Of a stretch of 64,000 nt of DNA, positions 1 through 9,286 are shown one piece after another (position 1 is the stretch's first letter; the number at the start of each line of letters is the position of its first letter). Made by a program: the position numbers and the translations under genes. Under the pieces are notes generated by a model, which ran no database searches, was not told where the DNA came from, and worked only from the letters and a program-made list of their open reading frames with translations. This DNA is from Elusimicrobiota bacterium. Its GTDB lineage: Bacteria; Elusimicrobiota; Elusimicrobia; UBA1565. Location of the stretch: contig JBDRPD010000039.1 in the NCBI GenBank assembly GCA_043827405.1, positions 32,001 through 96,000 on the forward strand. The letters are read 5' to 3'.

Positions 1-2
1 CG

Positions 3-1289
3 ATGATCCTGAAGCTCGCCACCAGCAAGGACGAGCCGGAAGAGTCGCGGGTGCGTGCGATTCGGGCGCTGGACGCCTTCCCCTCCGTGCAGACCGTGCA
101 TGCGGTGACTTTGCTCGCGGCCGATGAGGACGCCGCCGCGATCCGGCTTTCTTCTGAAATCGTCTTGCGGTCATTTCCGGAAAAGGTTCTGCGTAAAGGC
201 CTGCTGCCGTTTCTTGAAGACAAGGATCCCGTGCGCCGCAAGCAGGCGGCCTTCTTTCTCGCGGAGTTCCTCGGGCAGGATCCGCAGGTGCGGCAGGTGA
301 TTCTTGATCTATGGCGCGGCAGCGACGAGCTGGAGGCGCTCGATATGGTCGACGCCCTGCGTACGCTGGGCGGTACGGAGACGATCGCGCTGCTGCGGGA
401 GACGATCGGGAAGAGTCCCGTTCTCGCCTACGCCGCCGCCAATGCCCTGGCGTATATGCGTGGAGCGGAAGCCGGCCGGACAGCTTTCGAGATGTGCCGG
501 GACCCCGCGCTCAATCCCGTCATGCGTCAGGTTCTGATGAGCCGCTGGGTTAAACGCGGGCCGGATGAGGCTATTCGGGACGCGCTGCTGCCGATGATGC
601 TGGAAAGTCTCACAAATCCGGTCATGAATATCCGCTATGTCGCCGCTCAGTCCCTGGTATGGTATCCGCTCACGGACACCCTGCCGGGCCTCCTCGAGCT
701 GTTGGTTGTCGAGCGAAACTCGGATGTCGCGCGAACGGCGACCAGCCAGATATCGCGCGGTCTGGGGCGCAACCCGCTGCCCCTGATCGAGGCGCTGCGC
801 ACACATGCCGAGCATTCCCGGCTCACCAGCCATGCGGTGCATATTCTGCTTAGTAGAAGCTGGGACATCTTGCATGCCGGGAAGCTGATGGACGCCTTAT
901 GCGGCCCGCCGTTCCGGCTGCCGGATGAGCACCCCAAGCGCTTTATCGCGGTATGCCTGCATCTGTATGAGCATAACTCTGTGACCCTGCAGGATATATG
1001 GTTTCGCCTCGGCAGCCGGGAGCTCGTGCGGCTGCTGCTGCGGATGCTGGTGAGCGCCGCGAGAAATCCGTACCGGCGCTTTCCGCTGCTGCCGCTTGCC
1101 TTCCTTGAACTGCAGATCACGCTGGCGGACCCGGAGACCCGCCGGCTGTTTTATGATGCGCTCGCGGTGGAGGGCCGTGACGAGGCCGCCGAGTACCTGG
1201 CCGCGGCGATCGTGCGCGAACAGGACGCGGAAGGCGTGCGTCACGGGGTCGCCCACTTGCAGCGGCTGCTGCGGGAGGAGGCACGATGA
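3..1289 (+). CDS. HEAT/ARM-repeat protein in pel operon (probably 5'-truncated by window edge)
   Basis: Repeated HEAT-like helical pairs (ESRVRAIRAL, DPVRRKQAAFFL, NIRYVAAQSL); ATGA overlap with pelF start. Confidence 0.7.
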   Translation: MILKLATSKDEPEESRVRAIRALDAFPSVQTVHAVTLLAADEDAAAIRLSSEIVLRSFPEKVLRKGLLPFLEDKDPVRRKQAAFFLAEFLGQDPQVRQVILDLWRGSDELEALDMVDALRTLGGTETIALLRETIGKSPVLAYAAANALAYMRGAEAGRTAFEMCRDPALNPVMRQVLMSRWVKRGPDEAIRDALLPMMLESLTNPVMNIRYVAAQSLVWYPLTDTLPGLLELLVVERNSDVARTATSQISRGLGRNPLPLIEALRTHAEHSRLTSHAVHILLSRSWDILHAGKLMDALCGPPFRLPDEHPKRFIAVCLHLYEHNSVTLQDIWFRLGSRELVRLLLRMLVSAARNPYRRFPLLPLAFLELQITLADPETRRLFYDALAVEGRDEAAEYLAAAIVREQDAEGVRHGVAHLQRLLREEAR

Positions 1290-2758
1290 CCGACGTCTGC
1301 CTCATCCTCGAGGGGACCTATCCGTTCGTGTCGGGCGGCGTCGCTACCTGGATTCATCAGTTGATCACCGCGATGCCCGATATCCGGTTTTCGATTTTGA
1401 GCATCTCGCCTTTTCCCAATCCGCATCGCGAGTACAAGTACAAGCTGCCGGCCAACGTCACCGACATCCAGGATGTCTTCCTGCACGACATTAAAAACCG
1501 CGGCCGCTACTCATCCCGCGGGGATCGCCGCCGTACCGTTGAGCGTCTGCGAGAGGTCCAGGACAAGCTGCTGGCCGGGGATCTCGACGTCTTTCCCGAG
1601 CTGCTGCCGCTGTTTCGTGATAAGGGGAAAGGGCTGTCCTTCGTCGATACTTTCGAGGCGGAAGAGACCTGGGAGCACCTGACGCAAGTCTACGAGCGCT
1701 ATGCCGAGGATGTGTCGTTTCTTGATTATTTTTGGACCACCCGCTCCATTATTTTGCCGCTGTTGAATACGATGCAGTGCTCCCTGCCCCCGGCGCGCCT
1801 ATATCACGTCGTATCCACCGGTTATGCCGGGCTCCTGGCATGCATCGCCAAGCATACCCAGGACGCGGGGGTGCTGCTGACCGAGCACGGCGTCTACACC
1901 CATGAGCGGCTGTTGGAGATCTCGCAGGCGACCTGGATCTATACGCCGCATCGCGAGCGTTTCCGGGTGCAGCAGGAGCTGTCCTACTTCAAACGGGTAT
2001 GGCTCGGCTTCTTTGAGCTGCTGGGCAAGCTGACCTACCGCAATGCCGACGAGATTATCACCTTGTTTGAAGGCAATAAGCTCAAGCAGATCGCCGCCGG
2101 CGCGCCGCCGGAGAAGATCAGCATCATCCATAACGGGATCGACCTCGCCTACTATGCCAATATCCCGCTCAAGTCGCAGGCTTCGCGGAAGAAGACCGTG
2201 GCGTTTATCGGCCGTGTTGTGAACATTAAGGATGTAAAGACCTTCCTGCATATGGCCAAGATCGTGCACCATGCGCGGCCCGCGACGAAGTTCCTGGTGA
2301 TCGGGCCGACCGACGAGGAGCCGGACTATACCCAGGAGTGCCGCGATCTGGTGCGCACGCTCGGGGTCGAGGGGTTCGTCAGCTTTCTCGGCAAGGTCGA
2401 TATGAAGGACTGGTACTCGCAGATCGACTTGGTTGTCCTGACCAGCCTGTCGGAGGCTCAGCCTTATGTGATCCTGGAAGCCAGCGCGGTCGGCATCCCC
2501 GTCGTCGCCACCGATGTCGGCGCCTGCCGCGAGATGCTCGAGGGCCGCGAGGGAGATGATCGTCTGCTCGGGCCGAGCGGCCTATTGACCGGCGTGGCCC
2601 ATCCGGAGGAGACCGCCGACGCGGTGGTGAAGCTGCTTGACGATCCTGAGCTGTGGAGCGCCATGTCGGAAGCGGGGCGCAGCCGGGTGGCGCATTTCTA
2701 CGATCAGGATGACCTGATCAGCAAGTATCTCAACATCTACGAAAGGATGATGCGCTGA
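1286..2758 (+). CDS. pelF: GT4 glycosyltransferase, Pel polysaccharide synthase subunit
   Basis: N-terminal DVCLILEGTYPFVSGGVATWIHQLI, LLTEHGVYTHER, FIGRVVNIKD, SEAQPYVILEA motifs typical of PelF; GGAGG SD; directly followed by pelG. Confidence 0.93.
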   Translation: MTDVCLILEGTYPFVSGGVATWIHQLITAMPDIRFSILSISPFPNPHREYKYKLPANVTDIQDVFLHDIKNRGRYSSRGDRRRTVERLREVQDKLLAGDLDVFPELLPLFRDKGKGLSFVDTFEAEETWEHLTQVYERYAEDVSFLDYFWTTRSIILPLLNTMQCSLPPARLYHVVSTGYAGLLACIAKHTQDAGVLLTEHGVYTHERLLEISQATWIYTPHRERFRVQQELSYFKRVWLGFFELLGKLTYRNADEIITLFEGNKLKQIAAGAPPEKISIIHNGIDLAYYANIPLKSQASRKKTVAFIGRVVNIKDVKTFLHMAKIVHHARPATKFLVIGPTDEEPDYTQECRDLVRTLGVEGFVSFLGKVDMKDWYSQIDLVVLTSLSEAQPYVILEASAVGIPVVATDVGACREMLEGREGDDRLLGPSGLLTGVAHPEETADAVVKLLDDPELWSAMSEAGRSRVAHFYDQDDLISKYLNIYERMMR

Positions 2759-4176
2759 TGGCGGGCATAGGTTTCCGGCTCAAGAAGCTGCTCAGCGGTG
2801 AAGACTATACCAGCTCGGTGAAAGCCTTCGGCTTCTCGGCGCTGATCACCGCCGGCCCCTTCCTGATTACGGTCGCTTTGGTGGTTTTCGTGCAGTATCT
2901 GTCTTTCGGCAACCTGACCGATCGCGGCATCGCCTATCTGCAGAGCCTGATCACCTACTCCTACGCCTTCTCGCTGATCACGGTGGGGCCGTCCTACCTG
3001 GTGCTTACGCGCTACGTCGCCGACGAGTACTACCGGGGGCATGTCACGAGCTTCGCCGCCTCATTCTTCTCGGCGTATGCGACCAATATCGCCATCTGGG
3101 GTCCGCTCATCCTCTGGTATTATTCGGGTCTGGCCGTGGGCTGGGGGATGAAGCTATGCGCCGTGTCGCTCTATATGACGGCGGTCGGGATGTGGCTGGC
3201 CATGATCTTCCTGTCCGCGGCGCAGAACTATTGGCTGGTGAGCCGGTCCTTTCTGCTGGGGCTGGCGGTGAGCCTGCCGGCCGCCTACGTGCTCGGCTAT
3301 GAGCATGGCCTGCCGGGCTACTTCGCGGGCTTTGTGGCCGGGCAGGCGGTCATCCTGCTGAGCCTGATCGGCTCGATCCTGCGGGAGTTCGGCTACTGGG
3401 AGCCGCGCGATCACAACTGGCGCAGCTACTTCGGCATCCATCCCCGGCTGGCGGGCATCGGCTTCTTTTTCAACGTCGGCATCTGGATCGACAAGTTCCT
3501 GTTCTGGGCGTCGCCGCAGGGAGAGTGGCTGGACCCCCGCCTGCGCTACTCGCCGATCTACGATACGCCGATGTTCATATCCTATATGACGATTCTGCCG
3601 GCGCTGGTATACTTCTTCCTGCTGGTGGAAACGGATTTCTTCTTCAAGTACCAGGCCTACTACCGGGCGCTCTCCGAGCAGGAAGGGCTGTCGGTGCTTG
3701 AGCGCCGGCGCCAGGCGATCGTGAACTCCCTGCGCTTCAACCTCAAGCGGGTGCTGACCGTGCAGGGCATATTCACCGTTTTCGCGATCCTTATCTCGCC
3801 GTGGCTGCTCACTTTTTTCCGGCTCGATCCGCTGCACTTGAGCGTGCTGCGCCTGGGCATCTACTCTTCGTTCGCCCTGGCGGGCTGTCTGTTCTGCATG
3901 AACATCCTGCTGTACTTCGATCACCAGAAAGAGGCGCTGCGCGTGGTGGCGACCTTCTGTTTTCTTAACGGCATCTTCACCGAGGCGAGCCTGCGCATGG
4001 GACTCTTCGCCTACGGCTACGGCTTCGGGCTGGCCAGCCTGGCGGCTCTGGCCTTGGCGGTTTACTACCTCAATTCGCGGCTGAGCCTGCTGCATTTCTG
4101 GACCTTTACGCGTCAGCCGTTCCCGGAGCCCGTTGTCGTTACCGAGGAGCAGATAAGGGAGGAGGAGCTCGCGTGA
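2758..4176 (+). CDS. pelG: Pel exopolysaccharide transporter
   Basis: MAGIGFRLKKL N-terminus, GIWIDKFLFW, YDTPMF, VETDFF motifs; polytopic membrane protein; TGATG overlap with pelF. Confidence 0.93.
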   Translation: MAGIGFRLKKLLSGEDYTSSVKAFGFSALITAGPFLITVALVVFVQYLSFGNLTDRGIAYLQSLITYSYAFSLITVGPSYLVLTRYVADEYYRGHVTSFAASFFSAYATNIAIWGPLILWYYSGLAVGWGMKLCAVSLYMTAVGMWLAMIFLSAAQNYWLVSRSFLLGLAVSLPAAYVLGYEHGLPGYFAGFVAGQAVILLSLIGSILREFGYWEPRDHNWRSYFGIHPRLAGIGFFFNVGIWIDKFLFWASPQGEWLDPRLRYSPIYDTPMFISYMTILPALVYFFLLVETDFFFKYQAYYRALSEQEGLSVLERRRQAIVNSLRFNLKRVLTVQGIFTVFAILISPWLLTFFRLDPLHLSVLRLGIYSSFALAGCLFCMNILLYFDHQKEALRVVATFCFLNGIFTEASLRMGLFAYGYGFGLASLAALALAVYYLNSRLSLLHFWTFTRQPFPEPVVVTEEQIREEELA

Positions 4177-5453
4177 CGGCGCGGACGCGGCGCCGGAAGA
4201 GACTTCCAGCCGCCGTCTCCAGGGAAGTGCGGCTGCTATGCGTCTGCCAGGCGGTGCTCTCCTTCGGCCTGGGTCTGGCCTTTCCCTTTTTCGCCATCTA
4301 CCTGCATCGCGAGCGCGGCCTGCCTATGACCTGGGTGGGCGTCTGGCTGTCGGCGGGAGTGCTGGCGACGGCGCTCAGCCAGGGCTGGGGCGGAACGCTT
4401 TCCGACCGCTGGGGCCGGCGCCGGGTTATGGTGCTGTCCTTGTGGGCGCGCGCGGCTACGGTTCTCGTTCTCGCGGCGGCGATTCACGGCGGCTGGCCCC
4501 TGCAGGCCATCGTCGGCGTGCATCTGCTGTCGAGTTTCGTGTCCCACTTCTTTGAGCCCTCGGCCCGGGGCTGGGTGGCGGATCATTCCAAGCCCACGGA
4601 GCGCCACCGTGCCTACGGCCTCCTGCGCACGGCTACCTGCGCCGGCTTCGCGGTGGGTCCGGCCCTCGGCGGACTTATAGCCGACCGCTCCTACTATCTG
4701 CTGTTCGCGGCAAGCGCCGTTGTCTGCGCCGTCAGCGCGGCGGTCGCCAGCCTGGTGCTCAAAGACAGTCCCTCCGGGCGTCCGCAGGGACAATCGGATA
4801 AGCCTGGGGAAGCGGAGGAAGGAGCGGACCCAAGCTTTCTCAAGCTATGCTTCTTCTACGCGCTGCTGTCGATCGCCATGGCGCAGCTGGTGGTGCCGCT
4901 GTCTCTCTACGCGACGAAGTTCATGGGGCTGCGCGATTCGCAGATGGGCCTGCTGCTGTCGCTTAACGGCGTCTTGATCGTGCTGTTCCAGATCCCGGCG
5001 GTGAACCTGTTCGCCGGCATCCGGCTTACGGTCGCTATCGCCTTCGGTTCCTTCCTGTACGCCGCGGGCTATGCCGGGGTCGGCTGGGCGGGCGGCCTGA
5101 CGGGCCTGATCTTCGCGGTGGCGGTCGTCACCGGCGGGGAGATTCTCGTTCCCTCCGCGGTGCAGGCGCTGGCGGCCAATATGTCGCCGCCGCGGCTGCG
5201 CGGCAAGTACCTCGGCCTGCTCGGCCTGTCGCGGCAGATCGGCTCGGCCATCGGACCTCTCGCCGGCTGTGCCGGCCTGGAGTTCGCCGCCTCTCGCGGT
5301 CTGGCCGGACACTGGCTGGCGATCTCGGCGGTGGCCGCCATCGCGGGAGTGGGCTTTATGCTGCTGGGCGGGCGGCTGCTTCCCGACGAAGAAGGTTTGG
5401 TTGAGGAAGGGCTCGAGAGCGAAGCCGCCGACAACCTGCGCCTCGGCGCCTGA
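4173..5453 (+). CDS. MFS transporter
   Basis: GTLSDRWGRRRVM (MFS motif A), about 12 TM segments; GTG start overlapping pelG stop, GGAGGAG SD. Confidence 0.88.
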   Translation: MTARTRRRKRLPAAVSREVRLLCVCQAVLSFGLGLAFPFFAIYLHRERGLPMTWVGVWLSAGVLATALSQGWGGTLSDRWGRRRVMVLSLWARAATVLVLAAAIHGGWPLQAIVGVHLLSSFVSHFFEPSARGWVADHSKPTERHRAYGLLRTATCAGFAVGPALGGLIADRSYYLLFAASAVVCAVSAAVASLVLKDSPSGRPQGQSDKPGEAEEGADPSFLKLCFFYALLSIAMAQLVVPLSLYATKFMGLRDSQMGLLLSLNGVLIVLFQIPAVNLFAGIRLTVAIAFGSFLYAAGYAGVGWAGGLTGLIFAVAVVTGGEILVPSAVQALAANMSPPRLRGKYLGLLGLSRQIGSAIGPLAGCAGLEFAASRGLAGHWLAISAVAAIAGVGFMLLGGRLLPDEEGLVEEGLESEAADNLRLGA

Positions 5454-5461
5454 CACGGGAA

Positions 5462-6235
5462 CTAGCCGTCGGAGGGGGGGTCGATGATGCCGGCATGGGC
5501 GTCGTCGATCAGTACGGATTTCTCCTCGATCGACCAGGCGGCCAGGTGCACCTGGCTCAGCGAGATACGGTACTCGCTGGCGGAGCGTCCGAGCGTGAAG
5601 CTTCCCTGTATGGTCAGCTCTTCGCCGGGCTCAAGGCGCAGGGCGTCCAATCCGTCGAAGCTTACCCGCGTTTGCAGGGCGCCGGCGCCTTGCGGATTAA
5701 AGTCCTCATGCTGGGCGAGTACCTTGAGGTCGTTGATGGCGCGGCCGCTGCCGTTTACGAGCTCGATCTCGAAGCGTACGGTATCGCCGGGGATGAACAG
5801 GGCATAGGTTCCCCAGAACTCCCGCGGGGCCTGGAAGCGCGGCTCTTCGTATTTCTTCTGCAGCTGATAGCCTTTGAGGCCGTCGGGTCCCATGCGGCTG
5901 AGTCCCCGGGCGTCGAGAAAATTGACGCGGTAGCTCAGCCCCTTCTTCCCTTCAAGCCAAGCCCCCAGGATTCGGGGCAGGCGTTGATCCGCCCAGGTTC
6001 GCCGGATCTCCGGCTGGGCGAGCGGCCGGGGACTCGACGGCGGTTTCTGCAGCTCAGGCGACCATGCCGGAAGCCGCGGGGCGCGGGACGGCAAAGGCGG
6101 CAGCGGACAGAGAGCGGGCGGCCTGAGTTGAGTCACGGGAAGGGGGCGGGGGAGGATAAAAGCGGACGCTTCGTATACCGTCCACGCTCCGGTGAGCAGC
6201 AGGAAGGAGACGATCTTGGGTAACCCGAATCCCAT
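5462..6235 (-). CDS. Hypothetical exported or membrane-anchored protein with Pro-rich linker and beta-rich C-terminal domain
   Basis: Probable start MGFGLPK at 6235 (GAGG SD, TACACT upstream); hydrophobic N-terminus, Pro-rich stretch. Confidence 0.6.
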   Translation of the reverse strand: MGFGLPKIVSFLLLTGAWTVYEASAFILPRPLPVTQLRPPALCPLPPLPSRAPRLPAWSPELQKPPSSPRPLAQPEIRRTWADQRLPRILGAWLEGKKGLSYRVNFLDARGLSRMGPDGLKGYQLQKKYEEPRFQAPREFWGTYALFIPGDTVRFEIELVNGSGRAINDLKVLAQHEDFNPQGAGALQTRVSFDGLDALRLEPGEELTIQGSFTLGRSASEYRISLSQVHLAAWSIEEKSVLIDDAHAGIIDPPSDG

Positions 6236-6294
6236 AGTATCCTCGGCGACGTCCTTAGGAGTGTAGACAATGGATGTTTCGCCCATATTGCCCC

Positions 6295-6323
6295 TTGACG
6301 ACCTTCCCCGGGAAGACTAAAAC
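6295..6323 (+). promoter_or_regulatory. Sigma70-like promoter, leaderless, for the lytic transglycosylase
   Basis: TTGACG-17 bp-TAAAAC, 7 nt before ATG 6331; no SD. Confidence 0.5.
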
Positions 6324-6330
6324 ATGACGT

Positions 6331-7929
6331 ATGGCCGACCCAGACCGCAAGTCCAAGAAGACCTCCGCCGGCGAGGTGCTGGGCTATCTGTTCGTGGCCG
6401 TTTCCGCCGGCCTGTTTCTGCTCATCGTTCCGCGGCTGGTCATGCAGGATTCCGGAAAGAAGCGGTCGGCGCCGCGGCCGGCGGCCGCCCGCCGGGAAGC
6501 GTCGGCACGAGAGACCGCGGCGCCGCGGCGCCTGCAGGCCAAGGGCGCCATGGACGTGCCGTCTCCCGTCGCGTCCGCGCCGGCGGCAGCGAAGGCTTCT
6601 CCTCCGGTGAGGGAGGCGGAGCCGGAAGCCGCGCCGGAACCGGCGCCGCCGGCGGAGGCGAATGCGGCTTATGCCATGACGCAGTCCGGCTTCGGCAGCT
6701 ACGGCTCGGCGGGCGGCTCGACCTCTTTGGATACCGGGGCGGCGGATTCGTCGCGGCCGTCGGCGCGCGGCGGCGGCAAGGCCGCCGTCGAGGCAAAGCC
6801 GAAAATGGCGCGGGGCGGGACCTCGTCCTATGCCGGACCGGGCGGCGCCGGCGGCCGCTACGCCGCCGCCAAGGCGCCTCCCGCGCGCAAAAATGGCGAG
6901 ACGCCGAAGAAGAAACCGCCCGCGAAAGCCGCGATCGGCGAAGGCGCGGCCTTTTATGACGGCGGCGGCGAAGCCGAACGCGGCGGCGTGCTCAAGGCGG
7001 TGCGCAGCGTCCAGGTCGGCGGGTTGGCCGGCAGCGCGGCGGGCGGCGAAATTTCCGATCCGGTGTTTCAGCGAGTGTTTACGCAAATGGACAAGGAGCG
7101 CAAGATCGTCGACCACTTGCGGGACAAAATCGAGGAGCAGGAGTCCGCCGGGCAGCCGGTGGAGCGCGCGGAGGTAATGGCGGCGGCGCAGGCCTATATC
7201 GCCGATAATGACGTCGACGCCGAGTCGGTGGACCCGGAAGCGCTGGTCGAAAGGGCCATGAGCCCGGTGCCGCCCGCGGATCCGGTGCAGCTGGGCGAGC
7301 ATGCGCGCCTGATCATCAAGCGCTTCAAGCCGCCGACGCCGGAGGAAAAGAAGGAAATTCTGCAGCAGGTGGAGAAGCCGCCGCCCAAGTACGATCCGCC
7401 GCCGAAAAGCGCCATCCAGACCTATGAGCGCTACCCGGACGCTTTCCGCTGGGCCAAGGAGAATCTCGGGGTAGAGCCGCATCATATTCTCGGCATCCTC
7501 GGGGTGGAGACGCGCTACGGCAACTATACCGGCAAGCATGGGGTGCTGAAGGTTCTGCATACCGTGTCCGAGAAGGGGGGGCGGCAGGGCAAGCAGGCCG
7601 ATAAGGATATCCCGGCGCTCCTGCGGATGAGCAATAACGGCGAACTGGGCGGGTTCGAGGCGGATACGGTGCGCGGCTCTTATGCCGGTGCGCTGGGCAT
7701 CGGCCAGTTCCTGCCTTCAAGCTGGGAAGCCTATGCGCTGGACCGCGACGGCGGCAAGCGCAATCCCTTCAGCCACGAGGATGCCATCATATCGGTCGCC
7801 AACTACCTGAAGAAGCATGGCTACAGCAAGGACGTGAAGAAGTCCTTCTGGGGTTATAACCACTCCACCGAGTACGTCAACAAGGTCAACGACCTCGCGG
7901 AACAGATCAAGCCGGGGTTGAAGAAATAG
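6331..7929 (+). CDS. Membrane-anchored lytic murein transglycosylase (MltB/SLT_2-like) with long Ala/Gly/Pro linker
   Basis: ILGILGVETRYG (catalytic Glu), GSYAGALGIGQFLPSS, DAIISVANYL, YNHSTEY; N-terminal TM helix. Confidence 0.88.
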   Translation: MADPDRKSKKTSAGEVLGYLFVAVSAGLFLLIVPRLVMQDSGKKRSAPRPAAARREASARETAAPRRLQAKGAMDVPSPVASAPAAAKASPPVREAEPEAAPEPAPPAEANAAYAMTQSGFGSYGSAGGSTSLDTGAADSSRPSARGGGKAAVEAKPKMARGGTSSYAGPGGAGGRYAAAKAPPARKNGETPKKKPPAKAAIGEGAAFYDGGGEAERGGVLKAVRSVQVGGLAGSAAGGEISDPVFQRVFTQMDKERKIVDHLRDKIEEQESAGQPVERAEVMAAAQAYIADNDVDAESVDPEALVERAMSPVPPADPVQLGEHARLIIKRFKPPTPEEKKEILQQVEKPPPKYDPPPKSAIQTYERYPDAFRWAKENLGVEPHHILGILGVETRYGNYTGKHGVLKVLHTVSEKGGRQGKQADKDIPALLRMSNNGELGGFEADTVRGSYAGALGIGQFLPSSWEAYALDRDGGKRNPFSHEDAIISVANYLKKHGYSKDVKKSFWGYNHSTEYVNKVNDLAEQIKPGLKK

Positions 7930-7949
7930 GCCGGATTTCGTTATTTTTT

Positions 7950-8016
7950 AGGGACAAATGGCGTCTCTCCGTTAGGCCTTTAGACCGTTCCCGATACCCT
8001 CCCGCTCTGTTATCCT
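7950..8016 (+). promoter_or_regulatory. Tandem GGNC-N4-GNCC boxes plus -10 (shared promoter, copy 1)
   Basis: GGAC-AAAT-GGCG at 7952, GGCC-TTTA-GACC at 7975, TG-T-TATCCT with hexamer at 8011, ATG at 8024. Confidence 0.7.
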
Positions 8017-8023
8017 GAGCTGG

Positions 8024-9286
8024 ATGCGAAAGCTCATCGCGCCTCTGTGTTCGGCGCTCATTGTTCTGTGTTCTCCCGGTTCCGCCGCCTGGTCGGCGGT
8101 CGCCGTCAAAACCGTCCCTGTCGGTCCCGTCGCCGCCGGTATCGGCGCCGCCGGCGCGGCCGTCCGCGCCGGTCTGCGGATGCCGGTCAGCGGCAGCTTG
8201 AATCTCGGCAGTACGCTGCCGGCCTTCCGTGCCGCTGCGCTTTTCAAGCCGCATCAAAGCCCGCAGGTCGGCGTCCTTCCTTCCGTCACCGTCCATAGCG
8301 TCAAGGATATCAAGACGCACGGGATTAAGGTTAAGACGGAAAAACGACGCAAGATCAAGAGTGTTATCTCCGGTTTAAAAGAAACCGCCCGCGTCCTGCG
8401 GGCCAAGGGCGGCAAGTCCAAGGCCGCCGGCGTTCTCAGCGCTTCGTTTGACGGCGAGTCCTACCTCGTCCCCTACGACGATAAGGGATTCGTCGATCTC
8501 GAACAGGAAAATCCCGAAGCCACGCCGGGCTTCAAGCCGACCGGCAGGCACGGCAACAACGGCAGCAGGAAGGCCGTCAAGAAATTAGCCAAGGACGTCG
8601 AGAAGCTGAAAGAATACCAGCAGCGCCTGTACGCGAGCGGTGAGCGGTCCGTGCTCCTGGTCTTCCAGGCCATGGACACCGGCGGCAAGGACGGCGCCAT
8701 CCGCTACGTGCTCGGCCCGCTCAACCCGCAGGGCGTGAAGGTCGCCAGCTTCAAGCAGCCGACCGCCGGGGAGAAGCGGCACAACTATCTGTGGCGCATC
8801 AGAAAAGCCCTGCCCGCGAAGGGCATGCTCGGCGTCTTCAACCGCTCGCATTACGAGGACATCCTGGTGCCGACCGTGGATGAGACCATGCCGGCGGCGG
8901 AAGTCGAGAAGCGCTACGCCGAGATACGCGATTTTGAAAAAGCCCTGGCCGACAGCGGGGTCGTCATCCTGAAGTTCTTCCTGAACATCTCCAAGGACGA
9001 GCAGAAGCGGCGCCTGCAGGCGCGGCTCGACGATCCGGACAAGCGCTGGAAGTTCAGCCCGAGCGATCTGACCAGCCGGGCGAAGTGGGGCCGCTACCTC
9101 GCAACCTACGGAAAAATTCTCGCCCGCACCAGTACGCCGTGGGCGCCCTGGTACGTCATCCCCGCCAACAATAAGTGGTTTCGCAACTTTCTGATCGGAC
9201 GCATCATCCGCCGGGCGCTCGACGCCATGGGCCTGCGCTATCCGGCGCCGCCGGCGGGGCTCGACCAGGTCGTTATCCCCGACTGA
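8024..9286 (+). CDS. ppk2: Polyphosphate kinase 2 family (class III-like) fused to a signal peptide and about 150-aa leader
   Basis: LLVFQAMDTGGKDG (Walker A), FNRSHYED, KFFLNISKDEQ, KRWKFS, APWYVIPANNKW. Confidence 0.92.
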   Translation: MRKLIAPLCSALIVLCSPGSAAWSAVAVKTVPVGPVAAGIGAAGAAVRAGLRMPVSGSLNLGSTLPAFRAAALFKPHQSPQVGVLPSVTVHSVKDIKTHGIKVKTEKRRKIKSVISGLKETARVLRAKGGKSKAAGVLSASFDGESYLVPYDDKGFVDLEQENPEATPGFKPTGRHGNNGSRKAVKKLAKDVEKLKEYQQRLYASGERSVLLVFQAMDTGGKDGAIRYVLGPLNPQGVKVASFKQPTAGEKRHNYLWRIRKALPAKGMLGVFNRSHYEDILVPTVDETMPAAEVEKRYAEIRDFEKALADSGVVILKFFLNISKDEQKRRLQARLDDPDKRWKFSPSDLTSRAKWGRYLATYGKILARTSTPWAPWYVIPANNKWFRNFLIGRIIRRALDAMGLRYPAPPAGLDQVVIPD

